A stretch of DNA of 64,000 nt, taken from Bacteroidota bacterium (GTDB taxonomy: Bacteria > Bacteroidota > Bacteroidia > NS11-12g > UBA955). The stretch lies in contig JAEUUL010000025.1 of assembly GCA_016787485.1 (NCBI GenBank), positions 496-64,495 on the forward strand. Reading direction: 5' to 3'. Of the stretch, positions 1-7,619 are shown one piece after another; within the stretch, counting starts at the first letter, position 1; every line of letters starts with the position of its first letter. Both the position numbers and the translations under genes were made by a program. Below the pieces are notes generated by a model, which worked only from the letters and a program-made list of their open reading frames with translations, was not told the origin of the DNA and ran no database searches.

Positions 1-2066
1 CCTATGTTTACAGAGGTTGTTTCCGCTTTCAGATCGCTAAAAACCTCATATACACCCCGGTCTGATTTGTTGGCATTTCTGGTTTTGAGTGCCAAATCTG
101 CAGGATTTGATTTTTGTGTGCCTGTATTGTTCATGACCAGCCATTCCTGCGGGTGAAAATCACCTTTGCCGGCATTGACAAAATCGGGATTGATATTGTT
201 CTCGCCCGCACCGCCAAAACCCAATGCTTGCCAGGCGGCAAAATCGGAAACCGCACCCAGGGTGCAGTACCATGTTTCCTGACTGATATTCTGAATGTGG
301 TAGGTGTTGTTATCCCATAATTTCCAGGTACCGGCAGAGGCTGCATCGGCAATGGCAGGTTCTGCGTAATCCGAATTCAATAACTCCACGATGTTTCCGC
401 TGCAATACACTTCCTGATGATTGTACGGATATACATATAACCCCGTCATATCATAACCCCAGCCATAGGTCGGGGCATTTTGTCCGTCGCAGTATATGGT
501 GTTCTGATGCACATCTGCCCGGAAGTTTCCACTTTGTTTGGAGGCTGCCATAAGGGGGAGAACCCCATCATGGCCCAAATTTCCATAAATGAGATTGTTA
601 TTCATCTGCAGGTTTTCAAATTCCTGCACAATCAATCCATACAGATAACCTCCGTTGCCACCGGTAATTGTATTGTTTGCCAGCGTATTCCGGTTCACTT
701 TCCAGTGGCCGTCCTGCAGGTTTGTAAGGTTAAGATCGCCATAGGTTTCATTGTTTGAGATTGTATTCCCTTCAAACTCATTATAACCCGTATCCTGCAC
801 CTGCGAAACGACAACAAAACTGGTTGACCCACCCCCTGAATTCGCCGAGTAATTGTTGCGGTACAGATTCTTTTTTAATATGGTGTTTTTCCCTGAATAG
901 ATACCGGTGAGTGAAGTAATAATGCCAGACTGGGCCATAATGAAATTTTCAAGCGTATCTCTTTCAATGACAGTTTTTTCGGCATAGGCAACCTGAATGC
1001 CCATCGCGTTGGAGGTGGCTACAATACGGCTGATTCTGTTGTCCTGAACATAAGCGGGGGAATTGCCAGCATATGTCAATACATTCAAGGCACTAAAACT
1101 TGTCAGGCCAGATGTGGTTGGACAATTGAGAAAGGGTAAGTCATGAATTTTATTATGATTAATCACAAGTGATCGGTTGCTGCCTGCAGACGAATCGATT
1201 TCTATACCACTTAAAACGGTTGCGTTGTTTACATTGCTGCAATTGGCGCGTGAAATATCATTTTTTATGATGTGCAATCCATTATTGTATTTGCCGTAAA
1301 TACCACGATGTAAAAAGTTCTGAATAATATTCCCCTCAAGGGTGATATTATTTGGATTGCTGGTGTAAGAAGATTTTCCGGAGGTCAGACATATGCCAAA
1401 AACCGGACCCGGACTTCCGGAGTTGGTGGTGCGCATCAGGTTATTGCGGATGGTGTCGTAACTGCCGGTTTGTGTATTGGTTGCTGTGGTTAGAAATCCG
1501 GAATGCGCAAATGCAACGTAAGCACTGCCCGGTTTTAACTGTGTGTTTGTGAGATTGGTAAATTCCAGGGTGCAATTTTCAATGGTATTGTAATCGGAAT
1601 TGTTGCTAAAACGTATGCAGGTTTGACTAAAAGTATTTGCCGTATTTGTGATAGTAAGATTTTTAATGGTAATGTAATCCCCGCCGGAGAACAATACAGC
1701 GTCGTACAGATAGCGAAAAATGACAGATTTGCCATTGCCGTCGATTGTAATCCGTTTGCCTGTTCCGATACCGCTGACCGCAGGAAACTGAATGGGCGCA
1801 GAATCCGGCAGATACTGGGTGTTTTTCACCGTCACATTCACTGCGCCGGATACGCCACCGGACTGTTTGGGACCGCCGTCATTCCGGTTCAGTCCCTGCA
1901 GGCTGCGCCAGAAGGAGTACCAGTTTTTAAAGTTGGTGCTGCTGGCCGTGACAGTGGTGTCTATGGTATACGCACCGGACATTTGGGCTGTGGCTTTTGC
2001 CGCAGTGGACAAAAGGGCAACCCAAAGAGAAAATTTCAGGAACTGGGGAATACCGGATTTCAGCAT
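1..2066 (-). CDS. Secreted right-handed parallel beta-helix (pectin-lyase-fold) repeat protein. The N-terminus with a signal peptide is present; the 3' end lies outside the window.
   Basis: Reverse-strand translation from the ATG (complement of 2064-2066) gives MLKSGIPQFLKFSLWVALLSTAAKATAQ followed by a long N/T/G-rich reading frame with NxTIxxN beta-helix-like periodicity, open through to position 1. It is absent from the ORF track only because no stop codon falls inside the window. Confidence 0.55.
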   Translation of the reverse strand, partial: MLKSGIPQFLKFSLWVALLSTAAKATAQMSGAYTIDTTVTASSTNFKNWYSFWRSLQGLNRNDGGPKQSGGVSGAVNVTVKNTQYLPDSAPIQFPAVSGIGTGKRITIDGNGKSVIFRYLYDAVLFSGGDYITIKNLTITNTANTFSQTCIRFSNNSDYNTIENCTLEFTNLTNTQLKPGSAYVAFAHSGFLTTATNTQTGSYDTIRNNLMRTTNSGSPGPVFGICLTSGKSSYTSNPNNITLEGNIIQNFLHRGIYGKYNNGLHIIKNDISRANCSNVNNATVLSGIEIDSSAGSNRSLVINHNKIHDLPFLNCPTTSGLTSFSALNVLTYAGNSPAYVQDNRISRIVATSNAMGIQVAYAEKTVIERDTLENFIMAQSGIITSLTGIYSGKNTILKKNLYRNNYSANSGGGSTSFVVVSQVQDTGYNEFEGNTISNNETYGDLNLTNLQDGHWKVNRNTLANNTITGGNGGYLYGLIVQEFENLQMNNNLIYGNLGHDGVLPLMAASKQSGNFRADVHQNTIYCDGQNAPTYGWGYDMTGLYVYPYNHQEVYCSGNIVELLNSDYAEPAIADAASAGTWKLWDNNTYHIQNISQETWYCTLGAVSDFAAWQALGFGGAGENNINPDFVNAGKGDFHPQEWLVMNNTGTQKSNPADLALKTRNANKSDRGVYEVFSDLKAETTSVNI

Positions 2067-2200
2067 AGGAAATATAGGATTGCAAATTACATTTTTTCTT
2101 CCGAAAATTGGTGCATGACTTTGACTAACAGCCTGGTATTACAATCCGGTTATACTTCTGCTTTGGGGGTATACATCCGGCAGGTTGTTATTTCAGTCAT

Positions 2201-3031
2201 ATGAGGTCCTGGTTCCTGGCTATTCCTGTTCTGCTGTTTATGGCATGTGCAACCCGGCGCAGCGGGCCATCCTGGGGCGGGGGGGCTGGAAATTGGGATA
2301 CCAGGGATTCACAATCGGTCTATTTGGGATATACGAGCAGGGTGACCAAATGGGTTGATATACCAGACGATAGTATTGAAAGAGAGTTGATTTCTCACTT
2401 GCCCCATACAATTGAATTTGGCAATCATAAATATTTACAAACTGTTTTATTTGTTGACTCTTTTCCAAAAGAGAACAAGAGAAATGCAGCAGACAGTGAA
2501 CTGATAGCGGCTCATCAAAAAATAATCCAATACAACAGATTTCAGAAAAATGTATTGAAATATATATTTATATATTGGATGTCAACGACCCCTGCTGTCA
2601 TTATAGGTATCGCTTCCATTGCCAATTTTTTCAATGGAACATTTACAAGTGGATTGATTGGTGTAATTCTGGGAATGAATGTAATTACAGTTTGGCTGGT
2701 ACTGGGAATTGTTCTCTCCTCTTATGGCTCGGTGCTTCTTCTCTCAGCCAGAAGGCGAATAGAAAAAGCTGCTGATAAAGCGCCTGAAAGCAGGAAAGCG
2801 GAATATGCCGTAAGGGCTTTTTTCATGCTGCGCGGATCGATGAACAAGAAGGAAACAGAGGAAATTAAACGCAAAATCAGGAATACATTTCCTCAAGAAT
2901 CAAATAATCCCTGGCTGGACAAATTACCAGCCGCTGATGCTCAGATAAGAAAGAAAGATAATTATACTGCCGCTATTATACTGGCGCTGGTGGTTGCACT
3001 TATATTAAAGTTATTTCTTTCAAATTTCTGA
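2201..3031 (+). CDS. Membrane lipoprotein of unknown function (lipobox LFMAC, 2-3 TM helices, conserved C-terminal APESRKAEYxxR...NPW motif). Paralog of 4257..5117.
   Basis: ORF of 276 aa. The N-terminal MRSWFLAIPVLLFMAC signal is followed by SGPSWGG. Its internal hydrophobic stretch and the C-terminal motif are shared with the 4257..5117 product. Confidence 0.55.
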   Translation: MRSWFLAIPVLLFMACATRRSGPSWGGGAGNWDTRDSQSVYLGYTSRVTKWVDIPDDSIERELISHLPHTIEFGNHKYLQTVLFVDSFPKENKRNAADSELIAAHQKIIQYNRFQKNVLKYIFIYWMSTTPAVIIGIASIANFFNGTFTSGLIGVILGMNVITVWLVLGIVLSSYGSVLLLSARRRIEKAADKAPESRKAEYAVRAFFMLRGSMNKKETEEIKRKIRNTFPQESNNPWLDKLPAADAQIRKKDNYTAAIILALVVALILKLFLSNF

Positions 3032-3046
3032 TATCGTTTTTACCAG

Positions 3047-3128
3047 TTTGGGGTTTTATGGTTTGAGCCGTTCAGGGGACTGCTTTGGAATGCTCAACGA
3101 TACGATTTCCAGTTCGCAAAACCCCAAA
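3047..3128 (+). other. Long-range inverted repeat TTTGGGGTTTT (3047-3057) / AAAACCCCAAA (3118-3128), an 11-bp perfect stem with a ~60-nt loop. It lies between the lipoprotein gene and mdh.
   Basis: Read directly in the 3032-3211 intergenic sequence. Confidence 0.4.
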
Positions 3129-3175
3129 GGGTATAACATGTTCAGAATTTGTCTGCACCCTTGGCCGCTGTGGGT

Positions 3176-3183
3176 TACTTTTG
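3176..3183 (+). promoter_or_regulatory. Putative Bacteroidota sigma-A -7 element (TACTTTTG matches TAnnTTTG), ~28 nt upstream of the mdh ATG.
   Basis: Motif match by eye. A TTTG lies ~30 nt further upstream (3143-3146). Confidence 0.3.
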
Positions 3184-3211
3184 CAGCCGGATTTAAACAC
3201 AACAAACTATC

Positions 3212-4150
3212 ATGTCTAAAGTAAGTGTAATAGGTGCCGGAAACGTAGGTGCCAGCTGTGCCGAGTACATCGCCATGAAGAACTTCGCGTCTGAAGTGGT
3301 ATTGCTCGACATCAAGGAAAATTTCGCCGAGGGCAAGGCCCTGGATCTGATGCAGTGCGCCACCACCAATGGCTTCAATACCCGCATCAGCGGTTCTACC
3401 AACGATTACAGCAAAACCGCCGGCAGCGATGTGGTGGTGATTACCAGCGGTATCCCACGCAAACCGGGCATGACCCGGGAGGAACTCATTGGTGTGAACG
3501 CCGGTATCGTAAAAGGGGTTTGTGAAAATGTACTGCAACACAGCCCCAATGCCATCATCGTGGTGGTTTCAAACCCCATGGATACCATGACTTACCTGGC
3601 GCTGAAAGCCACCGGACTTCCCAAAAACCGCATTATCGGTATGGGCGGTATCCTGGACAGCAGCCGCTTCCGCACTTATCTGGGAGCCGCACTGAATGCC
3701 CCCTCCAATGATGTGGACGGTATGGTAATCGGCGGACACGGTGACACCACCATGATTCCCCTCACACGCCTGGCCTCTTACCGTGGGGTGCCTGCCAGCC
3801 AGTTTGCCAGCGACGATACCCTGAACAAGGTGAAAGCCGATACCATGGTGGGTGGTGCCACCCTCACCGGTATGCTGGGTACCAGCGCATGGTATGCCCC
3901 CGGTGCTTCTGTAGCCGCCCTGGTGCACAGCATTGTGGCAGACCAGAAAAAAATGTACCCCTGCTGTGTATACCTGGAAGGTGAATATGGCCAAAGCGAC
4001 ATCTGCATTGGAGTGCCGGTTATTCTGGGCAAAAGCGGCTGGGAAAAAATCGTGCAGCTTGATTTGAACGACGCAGAGAAAGCCGAGTTTGCAAAATCTG
4101 CGGATGCTGTGCGCAATATGAACAGTGTGCTGAGCCAGGTGGCCAGTTAA
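3212..4150 (+). CDS. mdh: Malate dehydrogenase (LDH-like MDH family)
   Basis: MSKVSVIGAGNVGASCAEYIA... shows the Rossmann GxGxxG N-terminus. The whole 312-aa sequence is collinear with LDH-type malate dehydrogenases. Confidence 0.93.
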   Translation: MSKVSVIGAGNVGASCAEYIAMKNFASEVVLLDIKENFAEGKALDLMQCATTNGFNTRISGSTNDYSKTAGSDVVVITSGIPRKPGMTREELIGVNAGIVKGVCENVLQHSPNAIIVVVSNPMDTMTYLALKATGLPKNRIIGMGGILDSSRFRTYLGAALNAPSNDVDGMVIGGHGDTTMIPLTRLASYRGVPASQFASDDTLNKVKADTMVGGATLTGMLGTSAWYAPGASVAALVHSIVADQKKMYPCCVYLEGEYGQSDICIGVPVILGKSGWEKIVQLDLNDAEKAEFAKSADAVRNMNSVLSQVAS

Positions 4151-4175
4151 GTATCACATAAGTATATTTTCAAAA

Positions 4176-4200
4176 TCCCGCTGTGGCGGGATTTTTTTTT
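4176..4200 (+). terminator. Rho-independent terminator after mdh (TCCCGC-TGTG-GCGGGA followed by a T9 run).
   Basis: GC-rich hairpin plus poly-T immediately after the mdh stop codon. Confidence 0.7.
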
Positions 4201-4256
4201 GGGATGGTTTTTATTGACGAATGTCATTCAATGGTTGATTTTACCATTTTATTTTC

Positions 4257-5117
4257 GTGTCAATGCAAACCATCAAACTGATGTCGATCTTCCTGCCCAT
4301 GGTCGCTGCGGGCTGTCGCACCCGAAAGCATTCAGGTGTATCTTGGGGTGGTGAGTTCCCGTCGATTGGGGTAGCGTCTCCCGCAGAATGGAATTTCCTC
4401 CCGAAGCAATCAAAAAGGGTTTTGGCAAAACAGGCACAATGGGATTGTGCTGCCGGACATTCCCCGGAGTTACAGGCAACCGACCCGGACCATCGGGCAG
4501 TTGATCAGCGATACAAACCCAGGCCAAAATTTATCCGTATTGATTCATTGCCCAAACGGGGAAAATTCAATGGCGCTGATTCTATGTTGAGGAAAGCGGA
4601 TAATTTGCTGTACCAATATGAAGAGGATACAAAATTCAAAAGAGATCGCAGTGCGAAATTACTTGTTGCTTTTTCCGTGTTTCTGATTGCGGACGTTTTG
4701 TTGTTTGCAGCCGCCAGTCAAATGGGAAATGTAGCTGGACCCAATATGATAGTTGTGTTGTTGTTGGTCTTTCTGATTGTAATTGCTGCATTTTCACTCA
4801 TTTTTGGTTTGATCATGCTTGGCGGTTTGTTTATCGCTGCCATGGTATCTTTGTTCAATTCACGCAGAAGGTTGAAAAGAATGCGGAATGAGGCGATAAA
4901 ATACATTATGGACGCGCCATTGCATGCTCCGGACAGCCGGCGTGCTGAGTATGAAATCCGGTCGTTGCGCATGCTCAGAACTGAAATGAGCTGGCCGCAG
5001 GCTCAGAGCAAAGTGATTCAAATCCGGAAAATGATGAACGATGATCCTGCGAATCCCTGGTATTCCCTGCTGAAGCAAACAGCTGCAGAATTACAGATTC
5101 CCTGGACAGCGATATAA
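4257..5117 (+). CDS. Membrane lipoprotein, paralog of 2201..3031. A possible internal start at 4281 gives MSIFLPMVAAGC.
   Basis: Shares architecture with the first copy: lipoprotein Cys + SGVSWGG, KxNGADSxL, hydrophobic helices, then APDSRRAEYEIRSLRML...NPWY. Confidence 0.55.
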   Translation: MSMQTIKLMSIFLPMVAAGCRTRKHSGVSWGGEFPSIGVASPAEWNFLPKQSKRVLAKQAQWDCAAGHSPELQATDPDHRAVDQRYKPRPKFIRIDSLPKRGKFNGADSMLRKADNLLYQYEEDTKFKRDRSAKLLVAFSVFLIADVLLFAAASQMGNVAGPNMIVVLLLVFLIVIAAFSLIFGLIMLGGLFIAAMVSLFNSRRRLKRMRNEAIKYIMDAPLHAPDSRRAEYEIRSLRMLRTEMSWPQAQSKVIQIRKMMNDDPANPWYSLLKQTAAELQIPWTAI

Positions 5118-5129
5118 GCAGGTCTTCCT

Positions 5130-6035
5130 GTGAAAGCCGTTTTCAGGCTGTACCTTTGCCACATGATACTCTCCCGCGGCGTCTGGATGATGCTGGTGGC
5201 AAGCCTGGCATTTGGGGTGATGAACATTTCCGTAAAAATGACACCTGAACTGTCGGCGCCGGAAATGGTTTTTTTCCGGTCATTGGTGCAGATCATCATC
5301 GGTTATTTTACCTTGTTGAAACTCGGCGTTAGTCCTCTGGGAAAAAACCGAAAACTGCTGGCCATGCGGGGATTGTTCGGGTCCATGGGATTGTTGTGTT
5401 ATTTCTACACCTTGCATCAGATGCCACTGGGCAATGCCATAATCATCCATTACCTGGCACCGGTGCTTACCACCATTCTGGCCATCTGGATGGCAGGGGA
5501 GAAGGTGATTCCCATACAGTGGCTGTTTTTCGGCTTTACTTTCCTCGGTGTGGTGGTGGTAAACGGGGCAGGATTTCAGGTCCCGCTGATTCCTTTGATT
5601 GCCGGTTTTGGAGGTGCGTTTTTCTCTGCCCTGGCATACAATACCATAAAGAAATTAAAAGGAGTGGAGGACCCCAATGTGGTGGTTCTGTATTTCCCCA
5701 TGGTCAGTGTGCCCATTGCACTCAGCTATTTTCTGTTCAGACCGGGTGAATGGGTATGGCCGCATGGCATGCAGTGGCTTTGGATTCTGATTACCGGGGT
5801 CAGTACCCAGATTGGTCAGTTCTTCATGACACGTGCTTATCAGGAAGACCTGGCCAGCCGGGTTTCTGCGGTGAGTTACGCAGGCATTTTATGGGGTGCC
5901 GGTGCCGGTTTACTGGTGTTTGGAGAGACTTATAATCTGGTACAGTATCTGGGTATGGCCATGGTGATAGCGGGGGTCATTCTCAATATCAACGCGCAAA
6001 AAGTGAAAGATTTTTTTGCACCGGGTGAGGAGTAA
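5130..6035 (+). CDS. DMT-superfamily (EamA-like) transporter
   Basis: 301 aa with ~10 predicted TM helices and a duplicated EamA-like organisation. The true start may be the internal Met (MMLVASLAFG). Confidence 0.65.
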   Translation: MKAVFRLYLCHMILSRGVWMMLVASLAFGVMNISVKMTPELSAPEMVFFRSLVQIIIGYFTLLKLGVSPLGKNRKLLAMRGLFGSMGLLCYFYTLHQMPLGNAIIIHYLAPVLTTILAIWMAGEKVIPIQWLFFGFTFLGVVVVNGAGFQVPLIPLIAGFGGAFFSALAYNTIKKLKGVEDPNVVVLYFPMVSVPIALSYFLFRPGEWVWPHGMQWLWILITGVSTQIGQFFMTRAYQEDLASRVSAVSYAGILWGAGAGLLVFGETYNLVQYLGMAMVIAGVILNINAQKVKDFFAPGEE

Positions 6036-6100
6036 TTAGTCTGTCCCAAAATTAATTAGCAAAGCGAAAAAATCATAAAACATAGTATATCATATAAATA

Positions 6101-6150
6101 ACAAATAAATAATACCGTTAAGTATCAGTTAAATATTTGTATAACGGTAA
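6101..6150 (+). repeat. Upstream copy of a ~50-bp direct repeat ACAAATAAATAATACCGTTAAGTATCAGTTAAATATTTGTATAACGGTAA, with an internal palindrome CCGTTA-N23-TAACGG.
   Basis: Aligned by eye with 7343..7394 at roughly 80-85% identity. Both copies keep the same palindromic half-sites. Confidence 0.7.
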
Positions 6151-6169
6151 ATTATTATACATTTGTGGT

Positions 6170-7351
6170 ATGATTAACAGGACATATGACAAGCGAATCG
6201 GGCAAATGCTGAGGCAGTTTCCGGTGGTATGTCTGCTGGGGCCCCGGCAGTCGGGAAAAACCACTGCGGCAAAGCTGTATGCCCGGAGCAGCAGAAAGCC
6301 TGTGTTGTATCTGGATATGGAAAGTCCGGCTGATGGCAGAAGGCTGGCAGATGCAGAGTATACCCTGAAACAGTTTAAAGACCACCTGGTTATCATCGAC
6401 GAAATTCAGTTCCGGCCTGATTTGTTCCCTTTGTTGCGTCATCTGGTGGATGATTTCCGCAAACCCGGCCGCTTTCTCATTTTGGGTTCTGCCAGTCCGG
6501 AATTGGTAAAAGGAGCCTCTGAATCACTGGCTGGCAGGGTGTATTATATCGATACCCACCCGCTGAATGCCATCGAGCTGAAGGACCAAAACAACTATAC
6601 CCAAACCCGGCACTGGTTCAGGGGCGGATTCCCGGACGCCTGGCTGGCCCGCACGGACAGCGCCTGGCGCGATTGGATGGATGGTTTCTCCCGCACGTTT
6701 GTGGAAAGGGATTTGAACAATTTGTTCGGAGTGACATTTTCAAACCAACTCATGCATAAGCTATGGCATATGCTTGCGCACCATCACGGTGGATTGTGGA
6801 ATGCGCAGTCTTTTGCCAAGGGACTGGACGTGAGTCCAACCACCATCAACCGTTATACCGATTATCTGGTGGGTGCCTTCATGTTGCGTAAGTTGCAGCC
6901 CTATTATGCCCATTCACGCAAGCGGTTGCTGAAAACGCCCAAAGTGTACTTTCGCGACAGTGGTTTGCTCCACTATCTGCTGGAATTACCCAACAGCAAA
7001 TCCCTTCAGTTGCACCCGGTGCTGGGTTATAGTTGGGAAGGCTATGTTATTGAACAAATCTGCCAGTTGCTGAATCCCCGGATACAGCCCTATTACTATC
7101 GCACCCAGGATGGAAGTGAAATGGATCTGGTGCTTACCCGCGGAGCCATTCCACACGCCTGTATAGAAATAAAATCCACCCGGTCACCCTCTGTAAGCCG
7201 GGGTATGCGGGAGTCGATTCAGGATTTACAGACACAACACAATTACATCATCGTGCCCGGCTCTTCGGAACCCTATTATGCAGAATCCAAAATAAAAGTA
7301 ATGGGTATAGAAGCTTTTTTGGAGAAAGATTATAAGAGGATAACAAAATAA
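6170..7351 (+). CDS. AAA+ ATPase with a C-terminal DUF4143 domain (COG1373 family). The ORF track extends it to 6137.
   Basis: Walker A LLGPRQSGKTT. The full-length pattern (AAA_14 + DUF4143) is typical of the 'predicted ATPase (AAA+ superfamily)' family. Confidence 0.8.
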   Translation: MINRTYDKRIGQMLRQFPVVCLLGPRQSGKTTAAKLYARSSRKPVLYLDMESPADGRRLADAEYTLKQFKDHLVIIDEIQFRPDLFPLLRHLVDDFRKPGRFLILGSASPELVKGASESLAGRVYYIDTHPLNAIELKDQNNYTQTRHWFRGGFPDAWLARTDSAWRDWMDGFSRTFVERDLNNLFGVTFSNQLMHKLWHMLAHHHGGLWNAQSFAKGLDVSPTTINRYTDYLVGAFMLRKLQPYYAHSRKRLLKTPKVYFRDSGLLHYLLELPNSKSLQLHPVLGYSWEGYVIEQICQLLNPRIQPYYYRTQDGSEMDLVLTRGAIPHACIEIKSTRSPSVSRGMRESIQDLQTQHNYIIVPGSSEPYYAESKIKVMGIEAFLEKDYKRITK

Positions 7352-7394
7352 ATAATGGCCGTTAATCATCAGTTATATATTGGAATAACGGTAA
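7343..7394 (+). repeat. Downstream copy of the direct repeat ACAAAATAAATAATGGCCGTTAATCATCAGTTATATATTGGAATAACGGTAA. It overlaps the ATPase stop codon.
   Basis: Aligned by eye with 6101..6150. Confidence 0.7.
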
Positions 7395-7619
7395 TAGAAA
7401 CAGAATGTCAATGCTGAAATGACCCGATAGAACACTTCAGGTGCCATTATTTCATTCCTGAACGGAATGAGATCTGTTCCATTCTCAGGGGAAACGACAG
7501 CATTTAACCTGTACTAATTCGCGGAATAATTGTAATCCGTATTTCCTGCATGAGGATACATGAAAAAAATGACATTTTGTCTTTTCGTCAATTCGTATGA
7601 ATCTGTATTTTCGCAGGGT

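Noticed and set aside
1623-2204. 193-aa and 108-aa plus-strand ORFs at 1623-2204
   Set aside because: They overlap the coherent reverse-strand beta-helix protein, whose signal peptide and repeats translate cleanly. The plus-strand products are low-complexity.
3056-3541. 161-aa minus-strand ORF overlapping the mdh start
   Set aside because: It overlaps the unambiguous mdh Rossmann-fold N-terminus on the opposite strand.
7420-7470. Possible hairpin GGAATGAGATCTGTTCCATTC upstream of the T9SS-cargo operon
   Set aside because: The arms are not truly complementary (GAATG vs CCATTC misaligned) and the predicted stem is too weak to call.
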